From contig DAHWNL010000018.1 in the NCBI GenBank assembly GCA_027339965.1, forward strand, positions 1-16,578: a DNA stretch of 16,578 nt. Direction: 5' to 3'. The notes beneath the pieces were generated by a model. It was not told the origin of the DNA, made no database searches, and saw nothing but the letters and a program-made list of their open reading frames with translations. The position numbers were made by a program, and so were the translations under genes. Positions within the stretch are counted from its first letter, which is position 1. Every line of letters begins with the position of its first letter. Shown one piece after another: positions 1 to 6,593 of the stretch. The stretch comes from Granulicella sp. GTDB taxonomy: Bacteria > Acidobacteriota > Terriglobia > Terriglobales > Acidobacteriaceae.

Positions 1-1
1 G

Positions 2-1501
2 CGAATCAAGATCGTTGCGAAGGACCTGGTGGACCACTTTGAGAAGCGGTGCGAAGCGATGGAAGGCAAAGCCCTCATCGTCAGCATGAGCCGCCGGATC
101 TGTGTGGAACTGTACCGCGAGATCGTCGCCCTACGGCCAGAGTGGCACAGCGACGACGACGCAATGGGCGCGATCAAGATTGTGATGACGGGAAGTGCGA
201 CCGATCCGCAGACGTGGCAGGCCCACATCCGCAACAAGAAGCGGCGGGAGGCGATTGCCGAGCGATTCAAGAGGCCCAACGATCCACTCCGTCTGGTCAT
301 CGTCCGCGATATGTGGCTGACGGGGTTCGACGTGCCGTGCCTGCATACCATGTACATCGACAAGTACATGCAGACGCACGGTCTGATGCAGGCGATTGCC
401 CGCGTCAATCGCGTGTTTCGCGACAAGCCCGGCGGCCTGGTGGTGGACTATCTAGGCATTGCGCAGGAGCTGAAGAAGGCGCTCTCAACCTATACGGAGG
501 GTGGCGGGGAGGGCGACCTGACGCGGCCCCAGCACGAAGCCGTGGAGTTGATGCTGAGGAAACACGAGGAGTGTTGTGAACTGTTCGACGGCTTCGACTG
601 GTCAGGGTGGAGCACGGCAACTCCGGCGGCCAAAGTGGAATTGCTTCCGGGAGCGCAGGAGCACATCCTGGCGCAGCCGGAGGGACGAGAGAGGCTGAGC
701 AGCACGGTTGCGGAGCTCTCGCATGCCTTTGCACTCGCCGTTCCGCATGAGGACGCTATCCGCATCCGGGACGATGTGGGATTCTTTCAGGCCGTGAAGT
801 CCGTATTGGCGAAGACGCCAACGCAACAGGCGCGTCCCGTTGACACGGAGCACGCGATCCGCCAGATCGTATCGAACGCGATTGTGTCGGAAGATGTCGT
901 GGACATCTTCGCCGCTGCTGGATTGAAGAAGCCTGATCTTTCGATTTTGTCCGACGAGTTTCTGGCTGAGATCCAGAGGATGCCGCAACGGAATCTGGCG
1001 GTGGAGCTGCTGCAGAAGCTGCTTCGGGGAGAGATCAGAACGCGCTCAAGGCGCAATGTTGTTCAGGCACGGAAATTCTCTGAACTGATAGAGGCTTCGC
1101 TGCGGCGCTATCAAAATCGGGCGGTCGAAACGGCCCAGGTGATCGAAGAACTGATTGCCTTGGCGAAGAATCTGCGAGAAGCGGCGAAACGCGGAGAAAA
1201 TCTCGGCTTAAACGAAGACGAACTCGCGTTTTATGATGCGTTGGAGGTTAATGACAGCGCGGTTCAGGTGTTAGGCGATGATTCTCTCCGCACGATCGCG
1301 CGAGAGCTGGTGGAGAACGTCCGCAGGAATGTCAGTCTTGACTGGACACAGCGAGAGAATGTGCGGGCCAGGCTGCGGGTGATTGTGAAGCGCATCCTGA
1401 AGAAACATGGTTACCCCCCGGACAAGTGGGAGCGCGCGACCCAGACTGTTCTGGAGCAGGCTGAGGTGCTGTCTGAGGGCTGGGCAGCCATGGCGGCGTG
1501 A
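2..1501 (+). CDS. hsdR: Type I restriction-modification system restriction subunit R (HsdR), C-terminal part; 5'-truncated by the window edge
   Basis: Frame is open from position 2 ([16 protein letters not shown]...). It contains SF2 helicase motifs typical of HsdR ([27 protein letters not shown]) and a DUF3387-like C-terminus ([13 protein letters not shown]...[28 protein letters not shown]). Confidence 0.95.
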   Translation, partial: RIKIVAKDLVDHFEKRCEAMEGKALIVSMSRRICVELYREIVALRPEWHSDDDAMGAIKIVMTGSATDPQTWQAHIRNKKRREAIAERFKRPNDPLRLVIVRDMWLTGFDVPCLHTMYIDKYMQTHGLMQAIARVNRVFRDKPGGLVVDYLGIAQELKKALSTYTEGGGEGDLTRPQHEAVELMLRKHEECCELFDGFDWSGWSTATPAAKVELLPGAQEHILAQPEGRERLSSTVAELSHAFALAVPHEDAIRIRDDVGFFQAVKSVLAKTPTQQARPVDTEHAIRQIVSNAIVSEDVVDIFAAAGLKKPDLSILSDEFLAEIQRMPQRNLAVELLQKLLRGEIRTRSRRNVVQARKFSELIEASLRRYQNRAVETAQVIEELIALAKNLREAAKRGENLGLNEDELAFYDALEVNDSAVQVLGDDSLRTIARELVENVRRNVSLDWTQRENVRARLRVIVKRILKKHGYPPDKWERATQTVLEQAEVLSEGWAAMAA

Positions 1502-1515
1502 ACTCCCGCCATGGC
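1487..1515 (+). terminator. GC-rich hairpin over the hsdR stop codon (possible terminator or stabilising hairpin)
   Basis: GCCATGGCGG (1487-1496) and CCGCCATGGC (1506-1515) are a perfect 10-bp inverted repeat with the TGA stop in the loop. Only a short CTTT follows. Confidence 0.4.
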
Positions 1516-1556
1516 CTTTGCCCATGGACCCCCGCCCGCTGCCCTCCCCTTCATCT

Positions 1557-1607
1557 CTTTGATAGCCCTGTCTCTTCGATTGCCTTGTTCCTTTGATAGC
1601 CTTGTTG
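1557..1607. repeat. 17-bp tandem repeat x3 immediately upstream of proC
   Basis: ctttgatagccctgtct (1557-1573) / cttcgattgccttgttc (1574-1590) / ctttgatagccttgttg (1591-1607). Confidence 0.85.
1594..1602 (+). promoter_or_regulatory. Putative extended -10 element (TG-a-TAGCCT) for a leaderless proC transcript
   Basis: TANNNT hexamer at 1597-1602 with upstream TG, 6 nt before ATG 1609. No Shine-Dalgarno is visible. Confidence 0.5.
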
Positions 1608-1608
1608 C

Positions 1609-2451
1609 ATGAGTTCCACCCAGGCAACCACCGTTTCTACCGCCGGGATGCGCATTGCCATCCTCGGTGCCGGCAAGATGGGCGGCATCCTGCTGCAGGC
1701 CTTCCTCAGCTCCGGCCTCTTTCCCCGTGAGCATGTCGCAGCCACCGTCGCTCACGAGGCGCGCGCTCTGGCCCTCAAAGAGCAGTTCGGTGTTGCCGTC
1801 TCCACTGACAATCTCCGGGCCGCCGAGCAGGCGGACGTCATCCTTCTGGGCGTCAAGCCACAGCAGATGACGGACCTGGTGAGCAGCATCTCCTCTGTGC
1901 TGCATCCGGGCAAGGTGCTCATCTCGTTTGCCGCCTCGGTCAAGACTGCGGCGATCGAAGAGGCTGCGGGCTGCAACCTCGCCGTGATTCGCGCCATGCC
2001 CAATACCCCGGCCATGCTGGGAGCCGGAGCCACCGCCATCTGCCGCGGCCGCTTCGTTGCCGCTCCTCAGCTCTCCCTGGCCGAGAAGATCTTCTCCACT
2101 GTCGGCCGCACCGTCATCGTCGACGAGAAGCACATGGACGCCGTAACCGGCCTCTCCGGCTCCGGCCCGGCCTTTCTCTACATCATCATCGAGGCTCTGG
2201 CCGAAGCCGGCGTCCACGTCGGCCTGCCCCGCGACGTCGCCACCCTGCTGGCCGCCCAGACCACCTACGGAGCCGCGAAGATGGTGCTGGAGACAGGCTC
2301 CCACCCCGCTCTGCTCAAAGATGAAGTCACCACCCCGGCGGGCTGTACCGTGGATGGCATCCTCGAATTGGAAGAGGGAGGAGCGCGGGTTACGCTCATC
2401 AAAGCCGTCAAGCGCGCCACCGAGCGCGCCCGCGAGCTGGCGATCAAGTAG
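1609..2451 (+). CDS. proC: Pyrroline-5-carboxylate reductase
   Basis: Rossmann motif IAILGAGKMG, plus VKPQ, RAMPNTP, TGLSGSGPAF and VTTPAGCT motifs. Alternative start at ATG 1648 (MRIAILG). Confidence 0.96.
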   Translation: MSSTQATTVSTAGMRIAILGAGKMGGILLQAFLSSGLFPREHVAATVAHEARALALKEQFGVAVSTDNLRAAEQADVILLGVKPQQMTDLVSSISSVLHPGKVLISFAASVKTAAIEEAAGCNLAVIRAMPNTPAMLGAGATAICRGRFVAAPQLSLAEKIFSTVGRTVIVDEKHMDAVTGLSGSGPAFLYIIIEALAEAGVHVGLPRDVATLLAAQTTYGAAKMVLETGSHPALLKDEVTTPAGCTVDGILELEEGGARVTLIKAVKRATERARELAIK

Positions 2452-2495
2452 ACCGCGGTCCTACTGCGCTGCAACCGATCCAGGGCTCTGCCGCC

Positions 2496-2564
2496 GGCGC
2501 CATCCTCAAAACTCGCATGGCGCATTCCCCGAAACCGGCACGGCGCACTCCCCAAAACCCGCAG
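2496..2564. repeat. 23-bp tandem repeat x3 in the proC-ctaA intergenic region
   Basis: ggcgccatcctcaaaactcgcat (2496-2518) / ggcgcattccccgaaaccggcac (2519-2541) / ggcgcactccccaaaacccgcag (2542-2564), followed by a partial ggcg. Confidence 0.85.
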
Positions 2565-2593
2565 GGCGAACCGCTCGGCTCAGTCGCCGCTCG

Positions 2594-2599
2594 TACAAT
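2594..2599 (+). promoter_or_regulatory. Putative -10 element (TACAAT) for a leaderless ctaA transcript
   Basis: Near-consensus TACAAT 7 nt upstream of in-frame ATG 2607. No SD is visible. Confidence 0.55.
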
Positions 2600-2606
2600 C
2601 AAGCTC

Positions 2607-3632
2607 ATGCGCAGCGCAGTTGTTCCAATCTCCAGCCGCAGGCACTCCGGCATCCTTTCCGTTTACGCCGCCATCGTGATGAGCTTTATGGTGCTGGTGA
2701 TCCTGGAGGGGGCCGTCGTCCGCGCCACCGGATCCGGCGCGGGCTGCGGCGACCACTGGCCCCTGTGCAACGGCGTCTTCTTCCCTCACCATCCCAGGCT
2801 GGCGACCCTGATTGAATACACACACCGCTTCCTGACTGGCATTTGCACAGCTCTGCTGGCGGTTCTGATTGGCTGGACCTTCCTGGCCCGTCCGCGCGGC
2901 CACCGAGCGCGCCGAGCCGCCGTCTGGTCCGGCGTGCTGCTGATTACCGAAGCACTGCTGGGCGCTCTGCTGGTCAAGGGATGTTACGTCGAGAACAATG
3001 CTTCAGGGATGCGCGTGCTGATGCAGTGCGTCCACTTCACCAACACCATGCTTCTGCTGGCCGCGATCACGCTCACCTGGAGCTGGCTGCGCGACCGTCC
3101 CCAGCCTGCCATTGCCGGCAGACGGGCCCGCAGCGCGGCATGGCTGGCCCTGGGCACAACCCTTTTGGTGGGGGCGCTGGGATCTGTGGCCGCGCTGGCG
3201 GATACCCTCTACCCTCCCACATCCCTCCATAGCGCGCTGCTCGCGGACTTTACCGCCCACGCGCCTCTTCTGGTGCATGTGCGCTGGCTGCATCCCGCCT
3301 TCGCTCTCCTCGCTCTCGGCTGCGCCATCTGGCTGGCCGTTGAGACCCGTGGCGGGCTGGGCCGGCTGGTTCTGACCCTCATCGGCCTGCAGATCTTCCT
3401 GGGCGCCATGGATGTTCTATCGCTCGCCCCCGCCCTGATGCAGGTTCTCCACCTGCTCGGCGCTGACGTCTACTGGATCGCTTTGGTGTTCGCATGCGCA
3501 ACCGTTATCTCTCCCAGGCCCGGGCTAAAGAGCGTGCCCTCCAGAGGAACTTCCGCACCAGGCGAACCTCAGCGGCTCAACTTCCAGAAACGGATTCTTT
3601 CACCTGTGAGGCTCCCATCCGACTTGCCTTAG
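2607..3632 (+). CDS. ctaA: COX15/CtaA family heme A synthase (341 aa from the preferred start)
   Basis: Multi-TM protein with the GAGCGDHWPLCNG cysteine pair, EYTHR motif and further heme-ligand-type His (CVHF, WLHP, VLHL). I prefer start 2607 over 2517 because the upstream extension is translated tandem repeat and a -10 lies just before 2607. Confidence 0.88.
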   Translation: MRSAVVPISSRRHSGILSVYAAIVMSFMVLVILEGAVVRATGSGAGCGDHWPLCNGVFFPHHPRLATLIEYTHRFLTGICTALLAVLIGWTFLARPRGHRARRAAVWSGVLLITEALLGALLVKGCYVENNASGMRVLMQCVHFTNTMLLLAAITLTWSWLRDRPQPAIAGRRARSAAWLALGTTLLVGALGSVAALADTLYPPTSLHSALLADFTAHAPLLVHVRWLHPAFALLALGCAIWLAVETRGGLGRLVLTLIGLQIFLGAMDVLSLAPALMQVLHLLGADVYWIALVFACATVISPRPGLKSVPSRGTSAPGEPQRLNFQKRILSPVRLPSDLP

Positions 3633-3788
3633 AGAGAAGAAAAAAACGGCTGCGATCCACCCTCTTCGCGGAATCCGTCGACTTGGCAGAAACTTCCCTA
3701 CGCTCAAGGATGGCCATCCAGCGGCTGAACTCAACCTTCCCGGAGCCGCCTCCATACACGGATGATGGCTCCTTTCTCGCGGGCCGGC

Positions 3789-3818
3789 GCGGCCGTCTTC
3801 CTGAGGGAAGACGACCGC
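3789..3818 (-). terminator. Hairpin downstream of the minus-strand secreted protein gene
   Basis: Minus-strand RNA GCGGUCGUCUUCC-CUCA-GGAAGACGGCCGC forms a 13-bp stem including one U-G pair that works only on this strand. It lies about 20 nt after the stop and has no clear U-tract. Confidence 0.55.
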
Positions 3819-3839
3819 CGATACCCTGGCCCAGGGCTC

Positions 3840-4187
3840 CTATTCCATCTTGTGCAGCATCTTGCTGGCGTCCGTGGTTGTCGAATTGTAGCCATCTTCG
3901 CTTGCCTTGGTTACCTTTTTGGTCGCATCTTTCGCATCCCGCTCGGTATCCTTGGCCACAACCTTGGCATCATGTTCCGCGCCCTTGGTCACATCTTTGG
4001 CGCCTTGAGCTGTCTTTTCGGCTGCCGTCTTGCCGGCGCTAGACGTATCCTTGCCGGCGGTGTTCAAATCCTTGCTCAGATCCTGGCTCAAGCTCTGCGC
4101 ATGACTGAAACCGGGAGCCAACCAGCCGGCAACCGCCAGCGACAGCACTCCGGTACGTATGACTACTGCAATCAGATGTCCCTTCAT
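3840..4187 (-). CDS. Small secreted hypothetical protein (115 aa) with LEA-like 11-mer A/K/D/T-rich repeats
   Basis: Strong SD AGGAGGAG (4193-4200, minus strand) before ATG 4187. Sec-type signal MKGHLIAVVIRTGVLSLAVAGWLAPGFSHA|Q. The mature part is hydrophilic with 11-residue periodicity. Confidence 0.8.
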   Translation of the reverse strand: MKGHLIAVVIRTGVLSLAVAGWLAPGFSHAQSLSQDLSKDLNTAGKDTSSAGKTAAEKTAQGAKDVTKGAEHDAKVVAKDTERDAKDATKKVTKASEDGYNSTTTDASKMLHKME

Positions 4188-4407
4188 CAAATCTCCTCCT
4201 GGGCGCCCTGAATCGACCCCGCCCTCCATTGTCCGCTCATGGCGCAAGAAAAGAAACACGCTGCCAGACAGCTTGCAGGCTGTCGGCCGACAAGCCAGAT
4301 CCTCGTCCTGCCCTTTTGTTCTCGGCTCAGCGGCCGCCAAGGATCCGGCGGAAGTCTTGGAGGAAACTCTCATGAACTGACGTTAACTCGCTTTAGCCAC
4401 AAGTTTC

Positions 4408-4436
4408 TTCCAATTTGGTCCGGCGGCTGATAGAGT
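4408..4436 (+). promoter_or_regulatory. Putative sigma70 promoter of the SSS operon
   Basis: TTCCAA (4408-4413), 17-bp spacer, TAGAGT (4431-4436) preceded by TG at 4428-4429 (extended -10). Confidence 0.45.
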
Positions 4437-4514
4437 TTGGTAGCGTCACTGTTTGACTTTTGCGGTCGCATTGAAAGCGCTTTCTGGACACCGTCGGCAC
4501 CTGCCGCCGGACCA
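4416..4514. repeat. Perfect 12-bp inverted repeat enclosing 75 bp of the SSS operon promoter/operator region
   Basis: TGGTCCGGCGGC (4416-4427) and GCCGCCGGACCA (4503-4514) are exact reverse complements. Confidence 0.75.
4472..4485. promoter_or_regulatory. LacI/GalR-family operator-like palindrome
   Basis: TGAAAGCGCTTTCT contains the perfect 12-bp palindrome GAAAGCGCTTTC and fits the LacI-family TGNAANCGNTTNCA pattern (last base differs). It lies upstream of a sugar transport/isomerase operon. Confidence 0.7.
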
Positions 4515-4576
4515 GCGCTGTTCCGGTCTGCTTGCGAAGACCGCCACTTCGCTTCAAGAATGGATCTCTCCATACG

Positions 4577-6289
4577 ATGTCCGCTCTCCTCACCGCCCAG
4601 CTCACCCACCTCGCGCCCATCGATGTTCTCATCCTCGTCCTCTATTACTTGCTGGTCATCTTCGTCGGCTTTTATGTGAAGCGAGCCACCAACACCAGCG
4701 AGGAGTTCTTCCTGGCGGGCAGAGAGATGACTGCCTGGATCGCCGGCCTGAGCTTTGTAAGCGCCAATCTCGGATCCCTTGAACTGATGGGATGGGCCGG
4801 ATCAGCTTACCAGTACGGCATCTTGGCCGCCCACTGGTATTGGATCGGCGCCATCCCGGCGATGCTGTTCCTGGGCATCGTGATGATGCCGTTCTACTAC
4901 ATCTCGAAGACCCACTCCGTCCCGGGCTACCTGCAGCTTCGCTTCGGCGAAGAAGCCAGGGCCTTGAGCGCGATCAGCTTTGGCCTGATGACGATTCTGA
5001 TGTCCGGCGTCAACATGTTCGCCATGGCCCTGGTGATGAAGGTGATCCTAGGCTGGAACATCAACTTCTCCATCTGGATTGGCGCCGTCACCGTCACGGT
5101 TTACGTCATGCTCGGAGGACTCCGTTCGGCCATCATCAATGAGGTGGTGCAGTTCGTCCTGATCTGGGCCGGAGCCGCGCTGGTTCCGATTCTGGGTCTC
5201 ATTGAGGCCGGCGGCTGGACCAATCTGAAGGCTCAGATCGCCCGCAATGTGGGCGATCCCAGCTACACCCACCTCTGGTCTACGCTCGGCCACTTCCGCA
5301 GCAATCCCATGGGCGTACATTGGACGGGCATCATCTTCGGTCTGGGCTTTGTGGTCGGCTTTGGCTACTGGACCACCGACTTCCTGGTGGTGCAGCGTGT
5401 GCTGTCCGCGCACAACCTGCGCGCCGCCAAGATGGCGCCCGTGATCGGCGCGGCCTTCAAGATGGCGGTTCCCTTCATCGTCATCCTGCCCGGACTGATC
5501 TGCCTTGGCCTGACCAGCCATGGACATCCGGTCTACCATCTGGTGGGGCAGAACGCCGTCGACGCCGCTCACCCCTACAGCTACAACGAGGTGCTTCCCC
5601 TGATGCTGATCCGCTATTGTGGACCAGGCCTGCTGGGGCTGGGCATTACCGCGCTGGTAGCCGGCTTCATGTCAGGCATGGACGGCAACATCAGCGCCTT
5701 TTCCACAGTGTGGACCTATGACATCTACAAGGCATTCATGAACAAGCACGCGACGGACCGGCATTATGTTCTGATGGGTCGCTGCTCCACCCTGGTCGGC
5801 ATGGTGATCTCTGTGGCGACCGCTTACCTGGTCGCCGATGCGGCCTCCATCATGGACTATGTTCAGGCGCTCTTCAGCTTCTTCATCGCTCCGCTGTTCG
5901 GCAGCGTCATTCTGGGCATGCTCTGGAAGCGCGCCACGTCCGCCGGTGGATTCTGGGGGCTGCTGGCTGGAACCGTAAGCTCCATCAGCATGTTTATCTA
6001 CACCCGCCTGGGCGGGGAACGAGCCCTGGCCCACATCGCCTTCTCATCGGATGCGCAACCCATGGCAGAGACACTCTATCGTGCTCTGTGGAGCTGGCTG
6101 ATCTGCGTCATTGTCACCATCCTGGTCAGCTTGATGACAACTCCCAAGCCCGAGGCCGAACTGGTCGGCCTGGTCTACGGAGCCACCGAGATTCCCGATG
6201 ACGGAGCCACGGCTCTTTGGCATAAGCCCATCTTCTGGGCAGTGATTGTCATCGTCGTCTTCTTCATCCTGAATCTCATCTTCTTCTAA
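4577..6289 (+). CDS. Sodium:solute symporter (SSS/SLC5) family protein, probably a sugar transporter (570 aa)
   Basis: EEFFLAGREMTAWIAGLSFVSANLGS, PGYLQLRFG, YVMLGGLRS, YWTTDFLVVQRVLSA and TYDIY motifs with many TM segments. ATG 4577 is preferred over 4532. Confidence 0.93.
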   Translation: MSALLTAQLTHLAPIDVLILVLYYLLVIFVGFYVKRATNTSEEFFLAGREMTAWIAGLSFVSANLGSLELMGWAGSAYQYGILAAHWYWIGAIPAMLFLGIVMMPFYYISKTHSVPGYLQLRFGEEARALSAISFGLMTILMSGVNMFAMALVMKVILGWNINFSIWIGAVTVTVYVMLGGLRSAIINEVVQFVLIWAGAALVPILGLIEAGGWTNLKAQIARNVGDPSYTHLWSTLGHFRSNPMGVHWTGIIFGLGFVVGFGYWTTDFLVVQRVLSAHNLRAAKMAPVIGAAFKMAVPFIVILPGLICLGLTSHGHPVYHLVGQNAVDAAHPYSYNEVLPLMLIRYCGPGLLGLGITALVAGFMSGMDGNISAFSTVWTYDIYKAFMNKHATDRHYVLMGRCSTLVGMVISVATAYLVADAASIMDYVQALFSFFIAPLFGSVILGMLWKRATSAGGFWGLLAGTVSSISMFIYTRLGGERALAHIAFSSDAQPMAETLYRALWSWLICVIVTILVSLMTTPKPEAELVGLVYGATEIPDDGATALWHKPIFWAVIVIVVFFILNLIFF

Positions 6290-6329
6290 ACCCTGAGCTT
6301 GTGCTCATCGCTGCACGGAGGTACACCGA

Positions 6330-6572
6330 ATGGCTGAAGGAACAGGACGCGGAGAGATGATCTCCATCTGGTTTTTCGTAGGCGCGCTCACTCTGGCCTA
6401 CGGTCTGGTGCTCCTACCCTACGGCGCCTGGGAGTGGTTTGGTCATCATGAACCCCACACCGTACTGAATAATCTTCACCCAACCTTCTGGTGGGGGCTT
6501 CTGCTCACCCTCTTCGGAACTATCTATACCACTCGCTACTGGCCGCGCCGGGAAGATATCGACAAAATCTAA
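6330..6572 (+). CDS. Small membrane protein (80 aa, two predicted TM helices), unknown function
   Basis: SD GGAGG upstream. Two hydrophobic stretches (ISIWFFVGALTLAYGLVLLPYGAW; PTFWWGLLLTLFGTIY). It sits tightly between the SSS and isomerase genes (gaps of 40 and 21 nt). Confidence 0.8.
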   Translation: MAEGTGRGEMISIWFFVGALTLAYGLVLLPYGAWEWFGHHEPHTVLNNLHPTFWWGLLLTLFGTIYTTRYWPRREDIDKI

Positions 6573-6593
6573 GCCTTCAACCTAGGAGAAGTT

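Noticed and set aside
1502..1608. tRNA/att site or IS end marking the hsdR island boundary
   Set aside because: No tRNA-like sequence, transposase or recognisable att core is visible, and a matching direct repeat cannot be tested without the other flank.
1411..2304. 297-aa minus-strand ORF
   Set aside because: Antisense shadow of proC, expected in GC-rich DNA, with no recognisable motifs.
1557..2564. Short repeats as a CRISPR array
   Set aside because: The units are directly adjacent with no spacers, have only 3 copies each, differ between loci, and no cas genes are present.
2517..2606. N-terminal extension of ctaA from ATG 2517
   Set aside because: It translates through the 23-bp tandem repeat, and the -10 position supports ATG 2607.
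3762..4211. 149-aa plus-strand hydrophobic repetitive ORF
   Set aside because: Antisense mirror of the K/D/A-rich secreted protein, which has the SD, signal peptide and downstream hairpin.
4188..4373. Longer start for the minus-strand secreted protein
   Set aside because: The strong SD and signal peptide begin at 4187, and the extension is not protein-like.
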